A stretch of 64,000 nt of DNA from Trichoplax sp. H2 (taxonomy: Eukaryota), in contig NOWV01000206.1 in assembly GCA_003344405.1 (NCBI GenBank), positions 62,001 through 126,000 of the forward strand. Direction: 5' to 3'. This document shows positions 1 to 12,699 of the stretch, one piece after another. Position numbers and translations under genes: made by a program. Each line of letters begins with the position of its first letter. The stretch's first letter is position 1. The notes below the pieces were generated by a model. The model was not told where the DNA came from. It ran no database searches and saw only the letters and a list, made by a program, of their open reading frames with translations.

Positions 1-3000
1 GAACAGAAACTTGTAAGTGACGTAGTATTGTATCAAATATTGTATCTAATGCTGAATATATGTAGACATAATGTTCGAGTTGATAAATCTGCTGGCTTAT
101 ATAGTATTTTTATCGGTTTTAAAAACTATTTATTTCCAGGTGAAACATGCCGTAGTGATTGTGGACTATGTATGAGTATAATTGCGGCTATAGTTGTTCC
201 GTGTGCTCTCTTGATGGTCAGTGGCATAGCCGCAATATCGGTAAGTTTTTACTTTAATGATGCAAACTTTTTCGTAGTTACTTTGCATGATAATGGTTAT
301 CATCACTATTGGTATAATTATTCGATGTATTTGCAGTGGATATATTATCAGAAACGTAAATTGTTTTGGGATGAAAGTTGGATCATTAATCATGAAGAAA
401 TTCGACCGGGTAACGTAGTTGATAGTGTCTACGAACTCGATTATAATTTTACTAGTTCAGGCTGCCAAATATTTCTAAAGAAATAACTTGAAGGACCTCT
501 CTCTGTCCTATTTCAAGATTTTACCCGACATTGCTTATGGGTTTCATATTTTTTCTAATCTTACCAATCAATATTACTATTTCATCACTTAGATACTGGT
601 GTGCGCAACGCTTTAGGTAGTCTTGCTAGTATGGCTAATCCAGGCTCATTACAAGGTCAAAATGTGCAGGTTTTCACTGAAACAGGCATTTAGTAAGTAC
701 TTGATATGGTAATTACTAGCTTGATACACCAAGAATAATCCATTTTTAATTATTTAAATACTGCTCATAGTAGTAATTCTTTTAAGCTAATTGACTGTGC
801 CACCTTGTGTAACGATCATTCGATACTATCCATAAAATATAATTTATCGAAATTGCAAAATAGAATTACTAGTTCACATTTGTCTTTCTACTTGTGTTCT
901 ACTACAGTAAAAGTAAAGTAGTAGCTATCAAGAAAATTCTCAAGAATACCTTTGGTATTACTATGGATGTTAGAAGAGAGGTTCGGCAATTGAGGTAATT
1001 ATAAATGATTTGTACCCTAATATAGCTGTTTATTATGCAATTTCATTGGAGAAATTTTAAATCAGTATTGACAATAACAACTATACAACCTAATCGTATA
1101 CTGTTCATGCACGTAAAATATTTCCATCATCACAAATTATACCTTCCATAATAATAATTTTCGTTAGTTTAAGCTGGTACATTGTTATTACATTGCCACC
1201 ATTAATAATAATATTAGATTAGGATATAATTAAAAGGAATACGTAAAGTTATCTGATCGGTTCGCTTAATTAATGATGTTATTGCCGAACTTAATTCTAG
1301 TCGAAAACGTGAAATAAATTGTTTTAGAGTTTCTCACTCAGTAAAAAGTGGAAATTGCGTATATAGTAATGAAGCCTAACCTAAATTATTTTTATTATCG
1401 TCATATAGGGAACTAGAACATAACAATCTTTGTAAATTTGTTGGTGCTTCTATCGATATTCCATACGTATACATCCTTACAGAATACTGCCCTAAAGGCA
1501 GTTTATACGATGTATTGCAGAACGATGATGTCCCACTAAACTGGTCCTTCAGGATATCTTTTGCAGCTGATATTGCACGTGGAATGGCCTACCTACATTC
1601 TAGAAAGTTATTTCATGGTCGCTTAAAGTCATCAAATTGTTGCATTGACGACAGATGGACAATTAAAATAACAGGTGATTGTTTTAACGTGGTCAATTTT
1701 AAATCGTTATATGTGAAGTTAGGTAGATTACACTTTGTAGATTACTGTAAAACGCGAATATAATGACGATCGGTTGATGGTTTAGATAATTAGATGCTTA
1801 GGTATAACCATTTAACCGCAAAATAGCATAAACTAACCAGTATTCATATTTTATATCGCGTTATATAAGATTTTGGGGTACCAATATTACGAAAAGTGGA
1901 TACGAAAATAAAAAATATCGAAATGAATGAATATGAAAACAGCGACTCCAAACGAAGATATGAGAGAGTTTATTTACCTCCAGAATTGCTACATTATGAC
2001 AAGCTTCCACCACCAGAGCCAACAACAGATATTTACAGGTATTGGAAATGATTATTTATTAGATTTTGATCGTTAATGCTAAGCTTTATCGCAAATTACG
2101 ATTTCCTTGAGTTTCTATATTAATAAGTACCAATACAATACTTTTCATTTGCTAGCTATGCAATTATATTAATCGAAATTGCAACTAGACAAGATCCAAC
2201 TGCGGAGGTTTGCATTGCTGAATTAGGCTAAGGCTACGTGATCAACGAGCTATAATCGTGATTGCTTTTCTTTACAACTCCTTAACTCAAATAATTTTAT
2301 TTGGTGGTATGGAAGACAAGTCTCATTCACTATAGTAACTTTATAAAACTTAAATTAGGACACTTCACAAGATGATGGAACTTGGAGACCTCCCTTGCCA
2401 GAGCTTGATAGAGGAAGCGGCGAAACTTTCTGTCCTAATCCATCAAAATATCAGGAAGTCAGTTATTAGATAGTATTACGCTAATGAATTCAAAGTAGAT
2501 CGTTTACAAATCGCTACAATACTACACCAACCTTAAAGCACGTTTTAGCAATAAGCTCTTCTTCATTTTTTGAAAGAATAATTTTAATCACAGGATTAAA
2601 TATGATAATATACTATTATTTACAGCTAATCAAGTATTGCTGGGATGAAGATATGGCATCTAGGCCTACTTTTGAAACTATCAAAAAAATACTGGTAGAA
2701 ATCAATCCTTCGAAAATGAGCCCTGTAGACTCTATGATGAGCATGGTATTATGCAAAGAATTTAAGCTATTACTATCATTTGATGAAGAACTTAGTAGAA
2801 ATCGCTTATCCAAGTCTAGAAATCAAGAAAAATTAAAACGTGCATCTAGAAACTAATGATAGTATAATTACGTTTAATTTATATAGATGGAAAAATATTC
2901 TAAAGATTTAGAAATTTTAGTGGCCGAGCGTACTCAAGAATTAGAGTTAGAGAAGCAAAAAACAGATCGTCTTTTATATAGTAAGTTTAATTTACTTTCT

Positions 3001-4832
3001 GATTTTATTTGAGCACTACTAATTATTAGCAAATCGATACTTTTGAATTTGAGGCATGCTTCCTAAACCTGTTGCTGATAAACTGAGGCAAGGAAAAGGA
3101 GTTGATGCTCAAGGATACGAATCATGCACCATTTTCTTTAGGTATTCAGCGAACAATTTCGTCTTGAAACTTGTCGCACTAATTGATTACTAAAGCGATT
3201 TAAATTAATTAATTATTGATTATACTAACAACTATTTTTAGCGATATTATTGGATTCACATCTATTGCAAGCCAAAGTACACCAATACAAGTGGTTGCAT
3301 TGCTAAACAAGCTTTATACTACATTTGACGATATCTTAGATAGACATGATGTCTATAAAGTAGAAACTATCGGAGATGCTTGTAAGCACTTATTGATATT
3401 TCTTATTTTTAGACATAGTAAAAACAATCATTTTTGATACGATATATCGCAGAAAGCTGAATCCATGTTTATAACTTCTTTCTACAAAATTTTATAATAG
3501 ATATGGTTGTATCTGGATTACCACAAAAGAATGCTGGACATGCTTGTGAGATTGCTAACATGGCACTTGATTTAATAGCCGTATGCGATCAATTTGTTAT
3601 ACCTCATATGCCACAATGGAAGTTCTGTATTCGAGCTGGAACACATTCTGGTAAATGATATACTATTTACAGTTTAATATTATACAAAATTAGAGCATAA
3701 TAGAAACAAAACTGTAGCATCATATTGCTAAATATCATCAGACTTAAATAGAATCGATCTGTGATATCGTTTTATAAAAACCTTTTAAAGTGTGTAGTAT
3801 ATTAGTGCTATAGTGCACATAAGCTAGAAAATCTCACTTAACTCTTACTTTACGACAATTCGATAATTTCCTATGACTTTATAACTAAAGGCTCCGTTGT
3901 AGCTGGAGTAGTGGGCCTCAAGATGCCGCGTTATTGCTTATTCGGTGATACTGTGAATACTGCATCGAGAATGGAATCTACTGGAGAAGGTATTTAACTT
4001 GTATCAATAGACTTGCCGCATTGATTTTAGACAGCCTTCTATTCCAAAATGTATGGCAAAAAAGTAGTAAAATATGTCAAGGGTTAACACTCGAGCAGTT
4101 AGTGATTCATTTATAAGTCATCAAAATTTGATTGGAAACTTCAACTTTATTTTTAAAATGTCTCTATCTATAATTAATATCATAATAAATGTTAAGTGAT
4201 TTACCGTAGATGTAATATTTAAAAGCCAGAAATTTAGTTGTTCTAGCGCGAATTCATAACATAATCGAATCTGTTACCTAGCCTTGAAGATACAGATTAG
4301 CGGAGTTACTCGTCAAATTTTGGATTCATTTGGATGCTACATTATGGAATCTAGGGGCCAAATTAATGTCAAGGTAAAATCAATAATAGCATTAATAAAT
4401 AGCAAACTAAATGCTAATTACCACTGAATACGTTTAATGATTAAAGTGCACGAGAATCATACTATTTTTAATCATAATAAAAAGTAGTTTCGTTGGAATT
4501 GTTTTTATGAATTCAATCGTATTTAAACGATATCAGCTAAATCGGCTAGTCAGATTTATTGTTAATAATGAAATAATTAGGGTAAAGGCATGATGGAAAC
4601 ATGGTGGCTTAAAGGAAGGCGAAACACCGATGAAATCCTTAAAAGAGATTCTTTAGCTCAGGGAAATTCACTACATAAATCGATTCCTGATATTCAGTCT
4701 GATCCCTCAGAAGAAAAGAAACTTTCATCTCGTGCGACTCCGCCAACACCAGTTAGCCAATCTCGTGTTTATGTTCACGATGGGAAAGAAAAAACGAATT
4801 CCTTTGCAAATCTAATTGATATAGACAATTAA
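1..4832 (+). CDS. Receptor (membrane) guanylyl cyclase, natriuretic-peptide-receptor-like; 5'-partial, multi-exon
   Basis: Exons spliced by hand, all GT-AG and frame-consistent: <1..12, 140..240 (Cys-rich juxtamembrane region + TM helix [21 protein letters not shown]), 337..409, 593..692, 908..994 (VVAIKK), 1409..1674 (HGRLKSSNC pseudokinase, no catalytic Asp), 1870..2038, 2156..2207, 2359..2457, 2626..2745, 2887..2980 (coiled coil [31 protein letters not shown]), 3054..3141, 3242..3381 ([18 protein letters not shown]), 3501..3650, 3891..3989 ([22 protein letters not shown]), 4282..4373, 4581..4832 (stop TAA). The Glu of KVET and the Cys of RYCLFG are the GTP-specifying residues. The extracellular domain lies upstream of the window. 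Confidence 0.95.
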
Positions 4833-5483
4833 TTTAATAGGAATTATACAGAATAGCAATCATTATAAAATACAATATTACTAACCCAAATAAGTATTCG
4901 CCACTATTAATACATTGCTAAGGATTAAAACATTTAGATAAAGCCTATTATGGAGTACTTCACTCAATACTTAGATTATAATTTAAATTAAATGTGTGAT
5001 TATGTACCCTTATGCATGTATGCATATCTTTATTATTTATTTCCATATTTTCAAAATGCTATTTGCTATGGAACCTACACTGTAATTATGTCTACTACTC
5101 TTCTATTAAGTCGATATCGATGCTGTCAGACAGAAATTATTACAAACATGATTTCTTATTTTATTTCATAACAGATAGTAAGGTACTATCATTTATTTGT
5201 GGATAGGATAAATGCACAATCAAGCATATAAATATATAATTTATCATAAAATAAGAATCTATCATGATGTTAGCTGCATTCATTACGAAAACAATGCAAA
5301 ATTTTCATTTAGGCCATTAAAGTTTTTCATCTTCATATGAGGTTCTAATGACGCTTATAACAACTTCTTCCGCTCATTTTTTCAAATATTTACGCGTAAT
5401 ATATGTAAAAATTAGGATATCAACAGAAACTTTGTAGAAATGTGGATCGCATTGCTTAGTAGTGGCAGTATTTATTTAATTTA

Positions 5484-6561
5484 ATGAATTTAGCTAATCA
5501 TGAAGATTTTGATGTATCGTTGTAAGAAAATTTTTAACAGAATCATTGGTCGTAGATCTTAATATACAATTTGAAATTAAATGATTCGATGATTCCTCAC
5601 TAGGAATAACATAAAAAAACTGGTAAATATATTTAGAAAATAATCGAGTGCTGTATAATTTCAAACAAGAATATTATCACTGGTGTCAATGTTCAATTGA
5701 ATTCTTTAATAATATAACATTACCTATTCCATTGTTGTACTTATTAACTAGAAAAGATTATAAAAGCAGTCACCGTTTTCTTACTTATCACGGCAAATCA
5801 TAATTTATTGGTGGCCTCAATTATTCACAAGCTAACAATTACATAGATAATAATTGCATTATCGACGATTAAGGTGGCAAATAAAGATGGATGCTAATTT
5901 TTTTGAATAATCAAATTTAACTGCTAAAGGCAATAGATTATAAGTAAAATAAATTTGGATGCATTCGTTCTGATCGTAATTTAAGCTATGTAAATAAAAA
6001 AAATTCCATCAATTAAATGATCAACACGTGCAAGAATTAAAACTGAGATCAGGATTATAACAAGGATAATTTAATAACATTATTATCATATCATGGAACA
6101 CCAAAGTAGTACATAAAAATAGTCAAATCTACTAGTAATTCTAACACACAGTGAAGATATGACTTACATGAAACTATAAAACATAAACCCGCAACTATTT
6201 AGCTTGTCTTCCATATCAACATTATAACTATACAAAATGATATGGTTTACAACGTTTCCCAATTTAAGGCTACGTTCAATAACCGGTGTAGTAGGCCAGA
6301 GTATACCCCGCCAAAATATACCCTCGATTAAAGTAACCTAGTCTATTTTATAGCCCAAGCATATAATATTTTCTTTTAATCAAATTTTAAAAATTATCGC
6401 ACTTGTCCGTGTTTGGCTCCAACTTTCATTAAATATAAGTTTTCTTATACAGTACACTAAGATCGAGTACAATTTGTTTGAAGTATAAAATTTCTAAAAA
6501 TAAACTTTTCTTAATTTTCTTAATCGGATTTCGATTTCCAAGTCACAGATACCTCTATTAA
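5484..6561 (-). repeat. Diverged direct duplicate of 8428..9452 (ALG6 last codons plus downstream ~1 kb); probable decayed gene copy
   Basis: Colinear similarity is visible by eye throughout. Examples: 5484 atgaatttagctaatcatgaagattttgatgta vs 8428 atggatttagctattcatgaagattttgatgta; ggtggcctcaattattcaca in both; 6521 taatcggatttcgatttccaagtcacagat vs 9411 tcaatcggatttcgatttcgaagtcaccgat. The copy keeps a remnant 'KSKSD*' and has an unaligned insert at about 6286..6365. Confidence 0.9.
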
Positions 6562-6842
6562 CTATCTGACTATCCAATGAATGATAATTAATAGTTCAGA
6601 TTTTAGTTCCATAAACAATCAGCTAATTGCATTGTATAGTACACTGTGTAGTATTACGTAGGATACAAACCTGATTTAATCTACTCGACTAGCTTGCTGC
6701 TTACTATGAGTTCTTGCCATTATGGCAGTAAATATAGTTGTTGGTCATACAGCAGCTGAATAACTCAATAATTGATATATGCAAGCCGATATTTGACACC
6801 TTTACTCTCGGATAAAATAGAGAAAACAAGAAATTGATGTAG
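6557..6842. repeat. Dispersed ~290-310 bp repeat, diverged inverted copy at 20905..21215
   Basis: attaactatctgactatcc matches the reverse complement of ggatagttagatagttaat; ctactcgactagc / tgagttcttgc / caagccgata / gaaaacaagaaattg all recur in colinear inverted order in 20905..21215. Confidence 0.8.
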
Positions 6843-7531
6843 TGCTGGGGTTTTACTAAAACCCCCTAATTAGGTTCGCAATTGTCTAACTCAGAATCTG
6901 ATTTCTTAAAATTGAGCAAATCTCTAACGTGGCACGAAATCATGTAAACGCCATGTTTAACCTCAAAAGTATCATTTATTAATAGAACACCTGACATGAG
7001 AAGAATCCGCTTGTCTTCCCCCATAATAAAAGTCGAAAGTGGCTAAGATAACCCGGGTAATCGACTTGTTTTCCACATAACAATCCCATATTATCTAACA
7101 GTTATATAAAGACATTACACAAGAAACATCTGTCTACTGCGGCCTTATCTACACTTGGTACGAATAGTGTAAGTACATCGTTTCATCGTCAACAATCATG
7201 AAATTATCTTATAAGCATATTAGACTATTCTACTTCTTAATGCTACCGTACTTCGATTACTACTGTAATTAGCTGAAACTACTGCAATATGCAATATTAC
7301 ACATACTGTACTACTGTATCTTGACGAGTCTCATTATGATCAATCATTATTTCAACGAGACATTCAGAGCTAATATAAATTGCATGAAATTGTGCCGGAA
7401 TATTCCGACATAGCGTATGCTGTATACAGTGTACAGTAAGGGATAATGCTGGTGTAGGAGGTAACAGTGATTCCAGGCGTGAGCGAATCCCTATAATTAC
7501 TACATGACCATATTGTGCTGTGTACAGTACT

Positions 7532-7689
7532 GTCTACTATATGCTGAACGCAGAAATGAACAGGTTGCAGTTTGTACTTGTCAATTTGTCAACCGCAAGT
7601 ACATGCACAGCACATAGTACATATATTTAGGAATCACGTAGTATCCGCATACGAATAATCTACATAATACAAAATAAAATAATTCTGTC
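7532..7689 (+). repeat. 158-bp near-identical direct repeat of 8107..8264, abutting an assembly gap
   Basis: gtctactatatgctgaacg...aattctgtc occurs twice with one visible mismatch (ggttgcag vs ggtttcag). The first copy ends exactly at the N run. Confidence 0.92.
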
Positions 7690-7709
7690 NNNNNNNNNNN
7701 NNNNNNNNN
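7690..7709. other. Assembly gap (20 N)
   Basis: Run of n characters. Confidence 0.99.
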
Positions 7710-8427
7710 AATGACAATATTCATAATAATTCCTATGACTTTAAAAGGATACTTTTATATTATGTGCACCAGGAGTTTCTGACGAGACTATAAAAGGCTG
7801 GTGCCTGAAGATTCCTTTTTAGTTAGTTAGTCGGTTGGATAGTCAACTAGTTTTTCAATTGATATTTAATTGTAAAGACTATAATCTTGGGTGCCAAGAT
7901 TCCTTCAGTAATAAATGATAGTAAATATCTGACTATCTCGTCTACATCATCTGTGACGCTATAATTATACCATAGTATTCGGTCGTTGGAACTGAATTAT
8001 TTGGTGATATAGCTAATCTCGCCTCTTTAAGTTAGTAAGTGGCGTTCTCCGCAAGGATTGGCGTGTGTAGACTACTTTGTCACTAGTAGTGTGTGACAAC
8101 AGTATAGTCTACTATATGCTGAACGCAGAAATGAACAGGTTTCAGTTTGTACTTGTCAATTTGTCAACCGCAAGTACATGCACAGCACATAGTACATATA
8201 TTTAGGAATCACGTAGTATCCGCATACGAATAATCTACATAATACAAAATAAAATAATTCTGTCCGTTTTTTGTATGTTGCTGCGCTGTATGTTCAGCTT
8301 CAACCAATTAAAGCATCTGTATAGTGAGCAGCAATCTAATTTAAGGAAATCCAGTCGTAAATTTTACACTGTACAGAATAGGACGGGCCATGAATTTGGA
8401 TATACTTTATATGGCTATGGCTAGAGA

Positions 8428-9403
8428 ATGGATTTAGCTATTCATGAAGATTTTGATGTATTGTTGCAAGAAAATTCTTGAACAGAACCTTTGATTGTAG
8501 ATCTTAACATATAATTTGAAGTTAAATCATTTGACGATGCCTTGTTAGGAATAGTATAAATGATTGGTAAATATACTTGGAAAATAGTCGAGTGTTACAT
8601 AATTTCAAACAAGAATATTGTCACTGCCGTAAATGTTCGACTAAATTCTTAAATAATATAGCATTACCTACTTTATTCTTGCACTTATTCACTAGAAAAA
8701 TTGGCAAAACCAGCTACCATTTTCTTACTTCTCACGGTAAATTATAGTTTATTGGTGGCCTCAATTATTCACAATCTAACAATTACATTGATAATTATAT
8801 AATAATTGCATTATCGACGATTACCGTGGCAAATAAAGATGGATGATAATTTTTGGAATAATCAAATATAACTGCTAAAGACAGTAGATTATAAGTAAAA
8901 TAAGTTTGAATGTATTAGTTCTGATCGTAATTTAAGCTACATAAATAAAAAGATTCCATCAATTAAATGGTCAATACATATGAGAGTTCAAACAGAGGTC
9001 AGAATAATAATGATAATTTGATAGCATTATCATGCCATGGAACACCAAAGTAGTACATATAAATATTCATATCTACTAGTAATTCTAACACAGTGAAGAT
9101 GTGACATACAATGAAATTATGAAAAATATAACCAGAACTGTTTATCTTGTTTCTTATATCAACATTATTACAACACAAACTAATATAATTTATAGCGTTT
9201 TCTAATTCAAGATTACATTTAATAACCGAGAATGCATTCAATTCTTGATAAATAAAAACATTAGTACGATAAAATCTGCTTATAATCAAATTTGAAAAAT
9301 TTAGCGCACACGTAGATGTTTGGCTCCAAGTTTTAACAAATATTGGTTTTCTGGTACAGTAAGATCGAGAACGTTTTGTCTGCAGTATAAAATTTCTAAA
9401 CAT
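8428..9403 (-). pseudogene. Possible decayed divergent 7TM/GPCR-like gene directly downstream of ALG6 (includes the 134-aa ORF 8999..9403)
   Basis: The ORF reads LELENAINYISL...KINSSGYIFHNFIVCHIF. The same frame in the duplicate reads LKLGNVVNHIIL...KLNSCGFMFYSF.VSHIF, resembling TM1 'GN' and TM2. Downstream hydrophobic fragments (LCSLNYDQ; FSRTFTAVTIFLFEI; VYLPIIYTIPNK) are interrupted by stops and frameshifts. The resemblance is by eye only. Confidence 0.35.
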
Positions 9404-9410
9404 TGACTTT

Positions 9411-12400
9411 TCAATCGGATTTCGATTTCGAAGTCACCGATGCCTTTATTAAATCGTCACTAGCTATAAATTGTAAATAATTACAGTACAAAAAGAATAA
9501 CGTAAAAAAGCAACATGATATAGCAGAGATCAAGACTGCAACCAGATCTGGATATCGTCTAGGGGGAATCGCTATAGCTGCGTAGCCATGCAGACAAGAC
9601 ATAACCATAATCGAGATTCCATACTATTAAGAAATCGACAATATCAACTTAGTTAAACATCCAAAGGCGATAACCGTTGTGAACTAATTAATAAATTTCT
9701 GTATTGGCTTTACCATATACTTTTGAATAGTACCGACTTGATAATAAGATCTGAATGTTATATACAATAAGTACAGATATAACATCATTATGGAAATATA
9801 TGGTAACAGCAGCCCATCTTTTATTAACAATGGTACCATACTGTAATCAAAAAACAATATGTAATCATTCACTATCGAAATATATCATCTCAATACAACG
9901 TAAACTATGGTTAAAAAAATTTAATACCTAAATGTTGCATAAAGGAGAAATAGTCCACTTTCAGCAGGATACCACGGCAGTAACAGGCTAGCCGGCCTTT
10001 CGGTAATGGTTCGATTACAATACAAAGTAGTCATGTAACGGATAGATTCTTAAACTTAATCATAAATTAGTACTGATTACATACATGCAGGCTAGCAGTA
10101 CAGATTTCTCATGGACTTGGTAAGAGAAAAGAAAGAACGCCAAAGATGAGTTGACCTAAATAAGTATTTAATTGCTTAATTGGACGATGCATTGTCATCA
10201 TACCAAGTTATATTATCAATTATCAGCTGCGGCACAAATGTTATAAACTAATTCTACCGTACTAACCAAAGCGAGTATGAACCTGTGCCGAGAAGGATAT
10301 ATAATCAAATGGATTGAAGAGGGTAAGACAGCCGCAACAGTTGCTAATAAGCTAATCAAGTCCATTTTCAATAGTTACGTAGTGAAAATAGGTTAATATT
10401 ATTGTATACTATTATATCTCTTAGTTATCAATATTTCAGTACTTGCGTATCTTTGAAATAAATAAATACAACTTAACAATGTTAACCCGACGTACCTGAG
10501 GGCGACAAGAGTTTGCTGCGAGAAGATCTGGCGAAGTTTTATTAGAACATTTACGGTACACCAAACATTAGACACCTTATCCTATTGTGAGTATGTACCA
10601 TAGCATATTTATTAAAAATTTTGGTTCTATCATATCGTGGTAAAGTTGTACCAGATTATTATTAACTCTTAGACAATTTTTCAAAGATAAAACTTACTTC
10701 ATATAATCCTCTATTGAACGGAAATAATCTTTTAACAAGCTGAGTGGCTTGATTTGTATCGAATAAAAATGGAAACCAGCAAACACCAAAGGTGATGATA
10801 ACAGTTACTCCTAATGTAATAATTTTGAAAAACGGTTTCGACGAATGTAAACTTTTTCCCAGGAGATAACAAAAAAATGGAAGGGAATGATACAACTCCA
10901 TTTGTTTGTAATTTAATGCTAGTGAAAAGGCGCATGCACCAAATACGTCATGGCCTCTAAATATGAATAAAATTGCAATTAATGCCAAACCCAAGCTGCA
11001 GCAATTGTATCTGATTGAAGGTTAAGGGCTACCTTAAGGTATTTACATATCGTAACGTAATAGTTTGTAATGTCCTATTAAGTACTCGATGAAATACCAG
11101 TATGTACAAAATTTAAATGAGGTATTTAGCAATAGATTATCGAGCGTAAAAGGAGATTATATCGTCAGAAGGCAGCACTGTTCACCTCAGATCAATTATA
11201 ATGTATATGAGTATAAGTATATACTTGATGTTAGGATACTGAAAGTGGCCGTGATCAATTAATAAGGAGGCTGGTTGTAATAACATTAACAAAGATAGAG
11301 AGAATCGCAGTATCCTTGATCGTTTGGCTAAGACCATATTACAAAAGAGTAATACCGGTATGATATACAGGATTAAATCCACCATGACCACTATAATGAT
11401 AATTATCAACAAAATAATTTCCAATTTGGTTTGATTCTAATTAGTGTAGCATATGCAAGCAGAAAACAAATCATAGCCATTTATGTAATTGCTGTAAGAT
11501 ATACGAGTCAATGGTATCACCTGTGTAGCGCATAAACAGCTGATGATTTGAGCTTTCATAACCATGAGATGTATTTAATTCTATCCATATAGGATTAATT
11601 CTTTTGGCGATTTGCCCGCAAATCCACATATGATAAGCTGTCAGTGGTGGATAATCGATACCCCAATAACTTAAGTTGTTATTCGGCGACTCAAAATACC
11701 TGCAATCATTGATGTACTCCATATTATTAATGCAGTATTTAATATAAAGTAAGAAAATTCACCGTAGGCGAAACAGTAAGACCATACAGCTTTGAAGAAT
11801 AAATCATCATCAAGGTGTGCTGTATTTGCAATGAAGACGGTTGCAAAGCTTGGATGGAGAGATTTATTGTGGCACTTTATGCTACAATCCAATTTAAGTG
11901 TACTCGTATACTAAGCATCATAAGTGAGCTTCTATGACCTACTGATTTACTCCAGCTATTCTACTACAGATAGCACGAAAGCATATCACTGCAGTTATGT
12001 CAACTATTCAGCTATGTTATAGCATAAATATGATTGATTGATTACCATTGCTTCACTGGCAAATTGGTCGTTAATTCCATCCAATGACGTTGAGCCTCAT
12101 AGTCGCCATACATCGGTGGTTTACCTTTACCTATAGTTTATTCATGATAGATTGAATAACAAGCATAAATTAGTGGGAGAGCATCCACTTCAATTCGTTA
12201 TTCACGTACAAGTACATTGCAAAGAGTAGAATAATACACAGTAGTATTGTGGTGCTGAATAAAATTGCCGGGATTCAATGGATCACTATCCTTTATTCAT
12301 TCCAATGTACTATTCATTATCATGTTATCCACCTGCACGAATGAAGGTGATAGAAATAATCTAAGGGTCAATTCATCATGATTGTAGAGAAGAAGGTGCA

Positions 12401-12699
12401 CAGGCTTGGATTTGTGCAGTCGATATACTAATCTATAGTATTAGCTGGAGATTATGAGTGGAAACGACGATCTGATGGTGCTAATGCGATTTGTCGACTC
12501 TAAGTGCTGGTAAGAGAATGAAACATCCACTTTGACGCATTACTTTATACTATACTTTAATCTAGAATATGAAATGATTTATTTCATTTTGACCTGAGTA
12601 CGGGTTTAAAGAGATACACCATCGAATTAGTAAGGCTATTAGAGTTGCTATGATATTATCCAAAATAAATCCATGGGGGTTGCTAAGAAATTCCGCCAT
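9411..12699 (-). CDS. ALG6: Dolichyl pyrophosphate Man9GlcNAc2 alpha-1,3-glucosyltransferase (494 aa, 11 exons)
   Basis: Exons (minus strand): 12699..12594 (MAEFLSNP...[11 protein letters not shown]), 12130..12046 ([19 protein letters not shown]), 11699..11521 ([13 protein letters not shown]), 11390..11240 (LIDHGHFQ), 11010..10698 (YN...NYKQMELYH...[11 protein letters not shown]), 10581..10496 (DKVSNVWC), 10351..10267, 10155..10085 ([12 protein letters not shown]), 9996..9928, 9840..9714, 9623..9411. They sum to 1485 nt in frame. The C-terminus KSKSD fits a KxKxx ER-retrieval signal. The motifs match ALG6 rather than ALG8. Confidence 0.96.
11011..11239 (-). other. U12-type (minor spliceosome) GT-AG intron in ALG6
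   Basis: The 5' site is CA|GTATCCTAAC. The branch sequence CCCTTAAC is followed after only 10 nt by the 3' end (CTTCAATCAG|ATACAAT), with no long pyrimidine tract. The intron splits the Gln codon of HFQ/YN. Confidence 0.88.

Noticed and set aside
28..486. 152-aa ORF as a standalone gene
   Set aside because: It is read-through of two guanylyl cyclase exons and their introns.
5484..9403. NUMT read with TGA=Trp
   Set aside because: TAA and TAG stops remain in the same frames, and no mitochondrial protein motif was recognised.
11671..11892. 73-aa minus-strand ORF
   Set aside because: It lies mostly in ALG6 intron 2, has a non-ATG start and shows no recognisable motif.
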